64,000 nt of DNA. Source: Alphaproteobacteria bacterium (GTDB taxonomy: Bacteria > Pseudomonadota > Alphaproteobacteria > GCA-2731375). Below the pieces are notes generated by a model that was not told where the DNA came from, searched no databases, and saw only the letters and a list, made by a program, of their open reading frames with translations. Positions 48,807-58,909 of this stretch are shown piece after piece. A program made the position numbers and the translations under genes. The stretch is from positions 1 through 64,000 of the forward strand of contig CBDDBZ010000034.1 in the NCBI GenBank assembly GCA_965225945.1. The letters are read 5' to 3'. How positions within the stretch are numbered: the first letter of the stretch is position 1; the number at the start of each line of letters is the position of its first letter.

Positions 48807-49673
48807 ATGACCGATGACATCGTCGGTTTCATCGGGCTCGGCAACATGGGTCGCCCGATCGCCGAGAACATCGCCGCCGCCGGATGGAACATGGTGGTGC
48901 ACGACATCGCCGGCACCCAGGCCCGCGCGCCCAAGGGCACCCGCATCGCCGGCTCGGCGGCCGCTGTCGCCCAGGACTCGAGCCTGATTTTCCTGAGCCT
49001 GCCGAGCGTCGCCGCGAGCGAGGCGGTGGTGGCCGAAATCGCCGCCGCCGGCCCGCCCGAGGGCGCGGTCGTCGTCAACACCTCGACCGTCGGCCCCGAT
49101 GCCGCCCTCGCGGCGATTGCGGTGCTGGAGGCCCGGGGCATCGGCTATGTCGACGCGCTGATCTCGGGCTCCACCTTCCGGGCGCGCGACGGCACGCTGG
49201 CGGTGATGTATTCGGGCGACGAGGCCACGCTCGCGCGGCTGCGCCCGTTGTTCGAGACCTACGGCAACAAAATCTTCGACATCGGCCGCGCGCCGGGGAG
49301 CGCGCAGCGGATGAAGCTGGTCAACAACTCGATCGCGATCTCCAGCTTCGTCACCATCTCGGAGGCCTTGGCCATGGGGGTCGCCGGCGGCCTCGAGGTT
49401 CCGGAGATGCTCGACGTCATCAACGCCTCCTCCGGCCACGGGTTCGTGGTCGAAAAGCTCTTCATCGAGAACGTGGCGAGCGAGCGCTACGAAAGCGAGT
49501 CGACGGCCAAGATCGCCGGCAAGGATATCGCCCTCTTCGTCGAGGCGGCGGCCGCCGTCGGCTCGCGGCACGACGCCATCGGTGCCGCCAGCGCCACCTT
49601 CGAGGAGTTCAGGGAGAGCGACCCCGAGGCCGACCAGCTCAGGATCTTCCCCTACATCAGCGGCGAGCAATAA
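48807..49673 (+). CDS. Beta-hydroxyacid dehydrogenase family protein
   Basis: GFIGLGNMG, DALISG and MKLVNN motifs. Confidence 0.88.
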   Translation: MTDDIVGFIGLGNMGRPIAENIAAAGWNMVVHDIAGTQARAPKGTRIAGSAAAVAQDSSLIFLSLPSVAASEAVVAEIAAAGPPEGAVVVNTSTVGPDAALAAIAVLEARGIGYVDALISGSTFRARDGTLAVMYSGDEATLARLRPLFETYGNKIFDIGRAPGSAQRMKLVNNSIAISSFVTISEALAMGVAGGLEVPEMLDVINASSGHGFVVEKLFIENVASERYESESTAKIAGKDIALFVEAAAAVGSRHDAIGAASATFEEFRESDPEADQLRIFPYISGEQ

Positions 49674-49761
49674 CCCGGCCGGGCCGGCGGGCGGGCGGCG
49701 CGCGCGGTGATCGCCACGATCACGACCATCGCGGGAGGCACGCGGTGAGCCGGTCGCGCCG

Positions 49762-50196
49762 CTATTTGACGACCTTGGCCTCGGCGCGGGAGGTGACGCT
49801 GACGAGGTCGATGCAGTCCGGCACCGGCTCGCCGCCGGCCTCGCAGCTCAGCATGTCGTTCACCAACACCTCGCCGATGTCGGCGCAGGCGAGGCCGTCG
49901 ATGTCGAACAGTTTCAAAATCCGCTTGTCGGTCCGAAGCGTTCCGGCGCTGATCGCCAGGCGCTTCAGCACGATCCCCTGCTTGTCGAAGATCGCGATAT
50001 CGAACTTGACGTCATCGTAACGCCGCTCGCTCGTGTTGGCGAAGAGGAAATAGGCTCGGCAATAGCCCTCGTTCGGCTCCAGCTTGTTCAATTCCAGGCG
50101 AATGCCGCCCGCCGCCAGCGCCGTCGGGGCGTGGACCGACGGCAACGCCGTCGCCAACACAGCAACCACCAACCAGCCGAATCCACGCATCGCCAT
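49762..50196 (-). CDS. Exported hypothetical protein
   Basis: Signal peptide; LELNKLE...C; four Cys. Confidence 0.7.
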   Translation of the reverse strand: MAMRGFGWLVVAVLATALPSVHAPTALAAGGIRLELNKLEPNEGYCRAYFLFANTSERRYDDVKFDIAIFDKQGIVLKRLAISAGTLRTDKRILKLFDIDGLACADIGEVLVNDMLSCEAGGEPVPDCIDLVSVTSRAEAKVVK

Positions 50197-50386
50197 CCCG
50201 CCCGAATTGACGCGCCTCGGAGGCGCTCTCCTCGCCCGTCGGGGTGCCGCCGGGCCGCCGACGCCCCACCCCCTCGGCGCGCCCTTACTACCGCAGGGGC
50301 GCGAGGAACGCCAGTCTTGGCTCGCGCTTGACGCCACCCCCGCGCATCGCTTAGCCCTTGGGTACGGCAAACTTCTGGAGTCCGGG

Positions 50387-51457
50387 ATGTCGGATCATGC
50401 CTGTTCGCGGGTCGAGCCCTTCCAGCCGGCGCCTGGCGCCTGGTACGGGCGGGAGATGCGGGCGCGCGACGACTGGATCGTGAACCTCGACGGCGCCTCG
50501 CTCGAGGAGTTGGAACGGGCGGTCGCGGGCGTCGAGGCGCGCGGCCTCTCCATCCTGGAAATCGGACGGGACGATTTTCCGCTGCCCCTGCTGGGGCCCG
50601 AGCTCCGGGCGCTCAGCCGCGAGCTGATCGACGGGCGCGGCTTCGCGCTGATCCGGGGCCTGCCGGTCGGCCACCTCGGGCGTCAGCGAAGCGCCATCGC
50701 CTATTGGGGCATGGGCCGCCATCTCGGCGAGCCGATCACCCAGAACCCCCTCGGCCACATGCTGGGCCACGTCAAGGATATCGGCGCCGACGCCGACGAC
50801 GTCGACAAGCGGGGCTACCAGTCGAGCGCCCAGCTGCCCTACCACACCGACGTCAGCGGCGATTTCGTCGCCCTGCTTTGTCTGAAGCCCTCGAAGAGCG
50901 GTGGCGCCAGCGCAATCGTCAGCTCGCTCTGTGTGCACAACGAGGTACTGCGCCGCCGGCCCGACCTCGCCCGGGTGCTGGCGCGACCCTACTACATGGA
51001 CCGCCGGGGCGAGGTGCCGGAAGGCCTGCCGCCATATTATCCGCTGCCCGTCTTCAACTATCACGCCCACCACCTGACGGTGAGCTATTTGCGCCGCTTC
51101 GCGCATTCGGCGCAGCGCTTCGAGGCGGTGCCCAGGTTCACCGAGGCGCAGCTCGAGGCGATGGACCTGGTGGACGAGATCGCCAACGAGGCCGACGTCC
51201 ACCTGGAGATGGAATTCCACCAGGGCGACATTCAGATCCTAAACAACCTGACCATCCTGCACGCCCGCACCGCCTACGTGGACCACGACGATCCGGCGGA
51301 GCGACGCCATCTGCTGCGGCTCTGGCTCTCCGCCGAGGACGGCTGGCCGCTTCCCGACGTTTACTATCACCGCTACGGCTCAGCCCCCGGCCAGGGCCGG
51401 CCCCGGGGCGTGCACGTCCGGGGCACGGTGCCGACGGCGCCGCTCGACGTCGCCTGA
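50387..51457 (+). CDS. TauD/TfdA Fe(II)/2OG dioxygenase
   Basis: YHTD, LHAR and RHLLRLWL motifs. Confidence 0.9.
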   Translation: MSDHACSRVEPFQPAPGAWYGREMRARDDWIVNLDGASLEELERAVAGVEARGLSILEIGRDDFPLPLLGPELRALSRELIDGRGFALIRGLPVGHLGRQRSAIAYWGMGRHLGEPITQNPLGHMLGHVKDIGADADDVDKRGYQSSAQLPYHTDVSGDFVALLCLKPSKSGGASAIVSSLCVHNEVLRRRPDLARVLARPYYMDRRGEVPEGLPPYYPLPVFNYHAHHLTVSYLRRFAHSAQRFEAVPRFTEAQLEAMDLVDEIANEADVHLEMEFHQGDIQILNNLTILHARTAYVDHDDPAERRHLLRLWLSAEDGWPLPDVYYHRYGSAPGQGRPRGVHVRGTVPTAPLDVA

Positions 51458-51488
51458 GCGTTCTTCCACGCGCTCACACTCAGGTCCC

Positions 51489-52208
51489 ATGTCCCCTCGC
51501 AAGGCCCCGCCGCTCAACTTCACCCCGACGCCCGAGGGCTTTCGGCGCGAGGATCTGACCGAGGCGCGGATCGCCGAGATCGGCCGTGAACTGTCACGCC
51601 TCGGCGGGCACCGCATCGCCGGCGCGCATGACCGCGAAGCCAGCCGCCGGGCGGTGGTCGGGGAGGTGGCGCCGGGCGAGGACGTCTGGGTCTTCGGCTA
51701 TGGCTCGTTGATGTGGAACCCGGCGCTCGACTTCGCCGAGGCCGAGCCGGGCCGCGTGCATGGCTATCACCGCGCCTTCTGCCTCTGGACCCCGTTCGGG
51801 CGCGGCTCGCCCGAGCACCCCGGTCTGATGCTGGCACTGCGGCCGGGCGGCAGCTGCCTGGGCCTGGCGCTCCGCATCCCGGCGAAGCGCGCGGTCGAGG
51901 AGACCCGGATCCTGTGGCGCCGCGAGATGATCGCCGACTCTTACCACGCGCGCCGGGTCAAGGTCAGGCTGGCGCGGGGGCAAGTGGAGGCGATCACCTT
52001 CGTCGCCAACCCGGGCCACCCCCGCTATGCCGGCAAGGTGGACGAAGCGCGCCAGGTCGAGCAGATCGCCTTCGCCGAGGGCCGGCTCGGCTGCTGTCGC
52101 GACTATCTGCACAATCTCAAGCGCACTCTGGACGGGTTCGGGGTCCGGGACGGCCCCATGCATCGCCTGCACCGCGGCGTGGAGGCACGCCGCGCTCGGG
52201 GAGGTTAG
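51489..52208 (+). CDS. Gamma-glutamylcyclotransferase (ChaC family)
   Basis: WVFGYGSLMW, RGSPEHPGL and WRREM motifs. Confidence 0.9.
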   Translation: MSPRKAPPLNFTPTPEGFRREDLTEARIAEIGRELSRLGGHRIAGAHDREASRRAVVGEVAPGEDVWVFGYGSLMWNPALDFAEAEPGRVHGYHRAFCLWTPFGRGSPEHPGLMLALRPGGSCLGLALRIPAKRAVEETRILWRREMIADSYHARRVKVRLARGQVEAITFVANPGHPRYAGKVDEARQVEQIAFAEGRLGCCRDYLHNLKRTLDGFGVRDGPMHRLHRGVEARRARGG

Positions 52209-52273
52209 GGCAATGGTCATACCCCTGGGAATCGGCCATACAGTCCAGAACCGGCGGAGAGGGAGACGGGTCC

Positions 52274-53056
52274 ATGCGTTGGTTGCGTTATCGCCACGGC
52301 GGCCGAATTGCTTATGGCGCGCTCGAGGGGGAGAGGATCGAGGAATATTTCGGCGATCCCTTCACCACCTTCGGGCCGAGCGGCCAGCGCCTGGCGCTGG
52401 ACGAGGTCGAGATCCTGGTACCGGTGATCCCCGGAACCTTCTATGCCGCCGGGCTCAACTACCTGGCGCACGTGAGCGAGGCGGCGGAGTTGCTCGGCAC
52501 CCCGGTGAACGTGCCCCCCGAGGCCGACATCGGCTACCGCGCCAACAACGCGCTGATCCCCCACGGCGCCACCATAGTGATTCCCGCCGACGCCACCGAC
52601 AAGGTGCAGTACGAGGGCGAGTTGGTGGCGGTGATCGGCGCCGAGACTCGCGACGTCTCGGAGACCGAGGCGCTGGACTGTGTTTTGGGCTACACCATCG
52701 GCAACGACGTCTCCGAGCGGACTTGGCAGAAGTCCGACCGCACGCTTTGGCGGGCCAAGAACACCGACACCTTCAAGCCCATGGGTCCCTGGATTGAGAC
52801 CGACGTTGATTTGGACTCAGCTACCACGACAGTGCGGGTGAACGGCGAGGTCGGGGCGCGGTTCGCCACCAACGACATGATCTTCGGCGTCGCCCGCTTC
52901 ATCGCCCGGATGAGCCGCTATCTGACCTTGCACCCCGGCGACGTGATTTGGATGGGGGCCGACGGCCCGACCTTGGACATCAAGGCGGGCGACGTGGTCG
53001 AGGTCGAGATCGACGGCATCGGGAAACTGGTCAATCCGGTGACTCGGGCGGGCTGA
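52274..53056 (+). CDS. Fumarylacetoacetate hydrolase family protein
   Basis: GLNY, YEGEL, GNDVSER and AKNTDTF motifs. Confidence 0.9.
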   Translation: MRWLRYRHGGRIAYGALEGERIEEYFGDPFTTFGPSGQRLALDEVEILVPVIPGTFYAAGLNYLAHVSEAAELLGTPVNVPPEADIGYRANNALIPHGATIVIPADATDKVQYEGELVAVIGAETRDVSETEALDCVLGYTIGNDVSERTWQKSDRTLWRAKNTDTFKPMGPWIETDVDLDSATTTVRVNGEVGARFATNDMIFGVARFIARMSRYLTLHPGDVIWMGADGPTLDIKAGDVVEVEIDGIGKLVNPVTRAG

Positions 53057-53065
53057 GGCGGAGCC

Positions 53066-55672
53066 TCACGACCGGCGCTTCGGCGGCCGGCCCCGGCGGC
53101 GGCCGGATGGTTTCGGCGGTGGGGCCGGGGGGTCCTCGGGACGGCCGGCGGAGAGCCATTCGTAGATCGTTTTCGCCGCGCCCCGGGTTTCCGGATTGAC
53201 GTCGTTGAGGTACCGCTCGCCACGAACATAGGCGACGAAGGCGGCATACACCGGCGCCCACCGCTCGGCATGCCCGCTGGTTTTGAACCACTCGATCAAA
53301 TTCTTGCCGAACCCCCTGGCCTCGGCGATCCGCAGTAGGCGGTAGAGGTCGTCGGTGAAGTCGGCGTCCCCGGTTTTCAGATCGCCGAGCAATGCGGCAG
53401 CGAGGTGTTCGGAGGCCGTGCCGAAATTGTCGTTCAGGAGCGCTAGTCCCGCATCGAGCAGGGCGGCGCCGACTGGCTCCAAATCCCCGAGGGCCGCGCG
53501 TTGTTCGCGCGCGTCTTCGGTTCTTGCTGCGGCGACATAGAGCCACGCGAGATTCGCCTTTGCCACCACATTTTCGGCCGACCCTCGAGATGCTTTGAGA
53601 TATGCGGCCTCCGCCCCCTCGAAATCCAGCTTGCGGTCGGAGAGATAGTTGCCCTTTCTTACGAGCGCATTTGCGGTCCATTCGAGGAGAGCTGGCGCCT
53701 CGCAGTCGCCAAAGCGCTCCGCGACTTGGTCGTAGACTTTGAGTGCCTCTTCGCCGCGGCCAAGTTGTTCGAGCCTTACGCCCTTGGAGACGAGCGCCCT
53801 GGCGACCTCATCGCTGAGAGCCGGCGACCCGGCATCTCGGAAGCGCGCGTCGACTTGGTCATAGACGGCGAGCTCCTCCTCTCCGCGTCCGAGATCTCCG
53901 AGCGCCGCCCCCTTATTGAAGAGCGCCCTGGCGACCCATTCGAGGAGAGCTAGCGCCTCGGCATCGCCGAAGCGCGTCAAGACCTCGTCGTAGACGACGA
54001 TCTCCTCCTCTCCTCGCCCAAGTTGTCCGAGCGTTATCCCCTTATTGACGAGCGTGCGGGCAACTTCTTCGCTGAGAGTTGGTGCTTCGGCATCGCCGAA
54101 GCTCGCCACGACCTCATCGCAAACGTCGATCGACTCCGCGCCGCGCCCGAGCAGGGCGAGCATCGCTCCCTTGTCGGCGAGCGCGCGAGCGACTTGGATT
54201 CGCGCTTCCGGTTCGTCGCTGTCGCCGAGGCGAGCTGCGATCTGGTCGAAAGTAGCGATGACGGCTTCGGGATCATCCGAAGGTGGGTCGGTCGGTACCG
54301 AGGTTTCTTCGGGGGCGGCGATGGCGTCGACACCGGCGCGAACCCCCCACCGCCGATCGGCATTCGTTTTCTTCCCGCTCTCGAGCGCCGCGGAGACCGC
54401 CTCGACATAGAGCGGATGCCACTTCGCCCGACGGTCTCCGGCCGTAACTTCCGCGCCGATGCGGTGGAGTTCGTCCGGGGCGAAGAATTTTGCCAGGAAG
54501 GCGGCTAGCCAGTGAATGCGTTGCTTGGTACGCCGCGTGCCGTGGCGCATGAGGTACCAGATGTTGAAGAAGCGCTCGCCGAGTTGGTAGCCCGAGCGCG
54601 CGCCCGAGGTCGGTACCTCCTGGATCAGGCCGTCGCGCTTCAACCGAGTGAGCTGCGAGGAGATCGTCGTCACCTCGACGCCCGTCGTGTCCGCCACGAA
54701 CCGTGATGTCGCCGGATCCCAGCGAAGCGCGATCGCGTCGATCACGGCACGTTGGAGGCTGGTCTCGTATTCCTCGATCCGCGCCTTGTAGTAGGGCGTC
54801 ACCTGATCGAGCAGGCTGTCGAGATCGGCGAAGACGTTCTCGGTTTCGGCCCTCTCCAGCAGGCGGTAGATCAGCACCACGACGTGGAGATTGCCGCTGG
54901 TAAGTTCGTGCAGCGCCCGCAGCCGCCCGGGCTCCCGCGCCAGAACCCGGCGCACGGGATCGCCCGCCGCGCCGCGCCGCGCCGATAGCCCCCGCATGAA
55001 GGCGATGGTCTGGTCCTTCGACAGCGGTTCCAGGACATGGGGGAAAAAGATCTCGTAGAACGGTGCCGCCCGCTCGGCGGTCTGTCTCAGGTGCCGTGTC
55101 GCGGCGCCGAACAGGACCGGCCCGCCCGCCTGCTGCAGAACGCGGCGGAACGCCCATTGCTCGTGCTCCGCCAGGGCGTCGGTGACGAAGTCGAGATTGT
55201 CGACCAGCAGCACGGGCCGCCGGCCGAGGCGCCGCGTCTCGGCTAGGAAGGCCTCGGCCACCGTTTTGGAAGCTTGCCAATCGGGTCCCGCCATCGCCGC
55301 GTCGAGGTGGTCGGCGGTGTCGGCCCGCCCCGTCGCGTCGGCCCATTCCGCCAGCGCCTCGCCGCAGTTCCGCCAGAAGACGGCAGCCGACAGTACGTTG
55401 TACTGCTCCTCGCGAAAGCGTAGCGGGATGTAGCGCCCCTCGAGATCAGGGTCGCTAGTAATGCCGATCGCCAGCCGCCGCAGCAGGCTGGTCTTCCCCA
55501 TGCCGCGCTGCCCGACGATGATCTGGTGCTGGGCCATCGCCTTCGGCCCGAGCCGCCGCAACCGATCGAGCAAATGCGCGGCGAGCTCTTCATGCGCGAC
55601 GAAGCCCGACATGAAGGCGTCGTCGGTGAGCCAATCCTGACTATAGAGGGCGAGGGCGGTCGTGCCGGTCAT
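53066..55672 (-). CDS. P-loop ATPase-wHTH-TPR protein (STAND/NLR-like architecture)
   Basis: GQRGMGKT and LLVDNLD motifs, wHTH, and ~45-aa VARALxxKG repeats. Confidence 0.8.
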   Translation of the reverse strand: MTGTTALALYSQDWLTDDAFMSGFVAHEELAAHLLDRLRRLGPKAMAQHQIIVGQRGMGKTSLLRRLAIGITSDPDLEGRYIPLRFREEQYNVLSAAVFWRNCGEALAEWADATGRADTADHLDAAMAGPDWQASKTVAEAFLAETRRLGRRPVLLVDNLDFVTDALAEHEQWAFRRVLQQAGGPVLFGAATRHLRQTAERAAPFYEIFFPHVLEPLSKDQTIAFMRGLSARRGAAGDPVRRVLAREPGRLRALHELTSGNLHVVVLIYRLLERAETENVFADLDSLLDQVTPYYKARIEEYETSLQRAVIDAIALRWDPATSRFVADTTGVEVTTISSQLTRLKRDGLIQEVPTSGARSGYQLGERFFNIWYLMRHGTRRTKQRIHWLAAFLAKFFAPDELHRIGAEVTAGDRRAKWHPLYVEAVSAALESGKKTNADRRWGVRAGVDAIAAPEETSVPTDPPSDDPEAVIATFDQIAARLGDSDEPEARIQVARALADKGAMLALLGRGAESIDVCDEVVASFGDAEAPTLSEEVARTLVNKGITLGQLGRGEEEIVVYDEVLTRFGDAEALALLEWVARALFNKGAALGDLGRGEEELAVYDQVDARFRDAGSPALSDEVARALVSKGVRLEQLGRGEEALKVYDQVAERFGDCEAPALLEWTANALVRKGNYLSDRKLDFEGAEAAYLKASRGSAENVVAKANLAWLYVAAARTEDAREQRAALGDLEPVGAALLDAGLALLNDNFGTASEHLAAALLGDLKTGDADFTDDLYRLLRIAEARGFGKNLIEWFKTSGHAERWAPVYAAFVAYVRGERYLNDVNPETRGAAKTIYEWLSAGRPEDPPAPPPKPSGRRRGRPPKRRS

Positions 55673-55965
55673 TCGGGGTGATACCTCAGCCAGTAGCAGC
55701 GCAGCAGGCCGGAGCGGATACGCCGGCAGTCGTCCGTGACATCGAGAATGCCGGCGTTGTGAAGAGCGGTCAGAAGATCCATCCCTTCACGTGGGCCGAG
55801 CGACGGCGATGTCTTTTGGAGGCCCGCCAACAGCGTCGCTTGCGTCGCGCCGACGACATCGATCGGAACCGTCACCCAACCTTCCGCCGAGAGATCCGCC
55901 CTCAGCTTGTCCATGAGCCAGGTCTTGCCGATCCGGCGCGGCCCCAGCATCTGGACGCTCCGCCG
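55669..55965 (-). pseudogene. Internally deleted partner ATPase
   Basis: GPRRIGKT Walker A joined almost directly to a C-terminal RSGLLRCYW; ATGA overlap with the downstream gene. Confidence 0.65.
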
Positions 55966-56294
55966 GACTTGAGAATTCGGCCGAGCTCCGCCCGCTCCGC
56001 AAGGTGATCTGGCATGTCGGAGACCCTTCAAATTTCTATTTGATATTGAATATAATGAAAAATTCTTTTAGTCAATAGTGAATAATTGCAAAATAAACAA
56101 AAGAAAACCCTTTGTTTTCCGCGCTCTAGGCGCCATGCTCGCGCTATCCGCGCGGGCGAGCGGAACCTCTCGGCCTCGTAGCGCGCCGCTTCGCTCCTCT
56201 CGTCCTCTCCTCGTTCGCATCCTCTCCAAACCGCAAAAAGCCTGGCCCGCGAACGGCCCAGGCCTCGAAGACGGCGCGAACGAGCCGGGCGTGC

Positions 56295-57356
56295 TCACTT
56301 CCGCAGGTAGCCGTGGTCCCTCCAGATCTTGTACTGGTCGCGGAACGACTTGTAGGAGGCATGGACCTCAGCGAACAGCGGATCCTTGGCCGACTCCTCG
56401 GCGATGACCTCTTCCCACTTGGCCCTGAAGACCGCGAGCACGGCGGCCGGCCAACGCTTGAAGATCACGCCCTTCTTCGCCAACTCCCGCATCGCCTTGA
56501 ACTGGATCGCCTCGCTCTTGACGTGGGACCAGAGCATGCTGTCGGCGCAGGCGGTCTTCAGCCAGGTGCGCTGGCGAGCGGTCAGCCGGTTGAACTTCGT
56601 GGCGTTCATCAGCAATTCGCCGATCGAGGCCTGCCGATGCCAGCCCGGAAAGTAGTTGTACTTGGCGATCCGATAGAAGCCTTGGTCGAGGTCGATCGAC
56701 GGTATGGAGAACTCGGTGGCGTCGATCACGCCGCGCTTCAGCGCCGGATAGAGCTCCGCGCCGGCCAGCGACCGGGTCGACACGCCGAGCTTGGCCATCA
56801 CCTTGGCGCCGAGGCCCGAGAAGCCCATCTTCAGGCCCTCGAGCTGGTCGAGCGAGTCGATCGGTCGGCGGAACCAGCCGGAGGTGTCCGGCGCGATCGA
56901 GGCGCAATGGAGGCCCTTCACGCCCTGTTCGCCATAGAGCTTGTCGTAAATCTCGTCGCCGCCGCCCCAGCTCAGCCAGGCCAGGTATTCACCCATCTCC
57001 GGGCCGAACGGCACCGCCGAATACCACGCCAGCGCCGGGAATTTGCCGGTGTGATGGCCGGCCGTGGTCCAGGCCGACTCGATCAAGCCGGCCTTCACCG
57101 CGCTCCAGGCCTCCAGTGCCGGCACCAGGGCGCCCGGCTCGAAGAACTTGATCCGGAAGCTGCCGCCCGAGATCTGGTCCATCAGCACCTCGTAGCGCGT
57201 CGCGGCCTCACCGATGATCGAGATCTTGGAGCCGAAGGCACTCTGCATCTTCCACTTGACTTTATTCGGCACCTCGCCGGCCAACCCCGGAGCGATCGCC
57301 AAGCCGGCGGCGAGGCCGGTCGTGGCCGCGAGCGTGGCGAGTTTGTCGAGTTTCAT
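56295..57356 (-). CDS. dctP: TRAP transporter solute-binding protein
   Basis: Signal peptide; WKMQSAF, FEPGALVP and GVIDATEF motifs. Confidence 0.88.
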   Translation of the reverse strand: MKLDKLATLAATTGLAAGLAIAPGLAGEVPNKVKWKMQSAFGSKISIIGEAATRYEVLMDQISGGSFRIKFFEPGALVPALEAWSAVKAGLIESAWTTAGHHTGKFPALAWYSAVPFGPEMGEYLAWLSWGGGDEIYDKLYGEQGVKGLHCASIAPDTSGWFRRPIDSLDQLEGLKMGFSGLGAKVMAKLGVSTRSLAGAELYPALKRGVIDATEFSIPSIDLDQGFYRIAKYNYFPGWHRQASIGELLMNATKFNRLTARQRTWLKTACADSMLWSHVKSEAIQFKAMRELAKKGVIFKRWPAAVLAVFRAKWEEVIAEESAKDPLFAEVHASYKSFRDQYKIWRDHGYLRK

Positions 57357-57415
57357 GAAAATTCCCTGCTCCCTGTCGCGGCTCCAGCGCTCAGGTGATA
57401 CGAGGCCGGCCGCGT

Positions 57416-58891
57416 TCACGCACCGGCGGCACCGGCGCCGGCGATGCGGCCGAAGACGGCGCCCGAAACCAGGCCCGAGCCGCCGGGGTAGTTGTGGTGA
57501 AACAGGCCGCCGACCAACTCGCCGCAAGCATAGAGCCCGGCTATCGGCTCCTGCGCGTTGTCGAACACGCGGGCCCCCTCGTCGACCTTGAGGCCGCCGA
57601 AGGTGAAGGTGATGCCGCCGGTGCTGGAATAGGCGACGTAGGGCGGGCTGTCGAGCGGCAGGGCCCAGTTGCTCTTCGCCGGGCTCACCCCCTCGGTATG
57701 GATGCCGTCCTTGACGCTGGGGTCGAAGGTGCCGGCGCCGGCGGCCGCGTTATAGGCGCGAAGCGTCTCCAGGCAGGCCTCCTGGTCGAGCGGCAAGCGC
57801 GCCACCAGCGCTTCCAGGCTATCGGCCTCCACCGGCGTGGCGGTGACGTAGCGCGGCTCCAACAGATGCGACGTCTTGGCGTCGAAGATCTGATAGGCCA
57901 CGCCGCCGGGCTCGCGCAGGATCGCGCCGCCGGTCTTGGCATAGGTATAGAGCTGGAAGTCCTCGCCCTCGTCGAGGAAGCGTTTGCCGCGCCGGTTGAC
58001 CAGCACGCCGAAGGGATAGGACAGCCGGTTGGTCTTGTCGGTGAGTTCGCGGTCGCCGTGGGACGGCGCCTCGGCGTCGATCGGCGTCGAGTGGCAGCCG
58101 GTCCACTGGCCATAGGCGAGCGCGCCGATGTCGAGCGCCATCTTGAGCCCGTCGCCGGTGTTGTGCGGCGTGCCGCGGACCTTGGCGTGGTCCCAGGGAC
58201 TGCCGAGATAGCGCGCCCGCCAGGCCTGGTTGGCCTCGAAGCCACCGCAGGCGAGGACGACGGCGCGGGCCCGCAATTCGGCGAAGCCGCCCGGCCCCTT
58301 GATCGCCACGCCGACCACGCGGCCGTTCATCTCCTGTAGCAGGCCGCGCGCGGCGGTCCGGTAGCACACCTCGATGCCGCGTTGCGCGACGATATCGAAC
58401 CACATGGCCGAGAGGCCGACGCCTTCGTGCACGGCCCGGATCACCGCGCCCGAGGGAAAGGTGATGCGGTTGCCGACCTTGACGCCCGAGAGCGCCGTCG
58501 CCGGCTCCATCTCGATGCCGCACTCGTGCATCCAGCGGATTGTGTCATGGGAGCGGCCGATCAGGATTTCGCCGAGCTCGCGGTCGGTCCGCCCGTCGGT
58601 GACCCGAAGCAGGTCCTCCCAGAAGCGCGATTGGGGATAGGGCGTGACGTTGTCGAAGAAACCGGGCACCTCGTCTTCGGCATCCGGCACAAGGGGGCGC
58701 AGGTCCTCGGCCTCGTCGAAGGCGATGCGGAACAGCCCGCCGCTATAGTGCGTGTTGCCGCCGCGCATGTGTTCGGGCGCCTTCTCCAGCACCACCACGC
58801 GTTTCGCGCCGGCTTGGCTGGCCGCCGTCGCCGCCGCCAGCGCCGCGTTGCCGGCGCCCACCACGATCACGTCATAGTCTAGCTCGCTCAT
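57416..58891 (-). CDS. FAD-dependent tricarballylate dehydrogenase (TcuA)-like flavoprotein
   Basis: GAGNAA, RGGNT, TFTFGG and NYPGGSGL motifs. Confidence 0.85.
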   Translation of the reverse strand: MSELDYDVIVVGAGNAALAAATAASQAGAKRVVVLEKAPEHMRGGNTHYSGGLFRIAFDEAEDLRPLVPDAEDEVPGFFDNVTPYPQSRFWEDLLRVTDGRTDRELGEILIGRSHDTIRWMHECGIEMEPATALSGVKVGNRITFPSGAVIRAVHEGVGLSAMWFDIVAQRGIEVCYRTAARGLLQEMNGRVVGVAIKGPGGFAELRARAVVLACGGFEANQAWRARYLGSPWDHAKVRGTPHNTGDGLKMALDIGALAYGQWTGCHSTPIDAEAPSHGDRELTDKTNRLSYPFGVLVNRRGKRFLDEGEDFQLYTYAKTGGAILREPGGVAYQIFDAKTSHLLEPRYVTATPVEADSLEALVARLPLDQEACLETLRAYNAAAGAGTFDPSVKDGIHTEGVSPAKSNWALPLDSPPYVAYSSTGGITFTFGGLKVDEGARVFDNAQEPIAGLYACGELVGGLFHHNYPGGSGLVSGAVFGRIAGAGAAGA

Positions 58892-58909
58892 CCCTCGCCC
58901 TCTTGCTCG

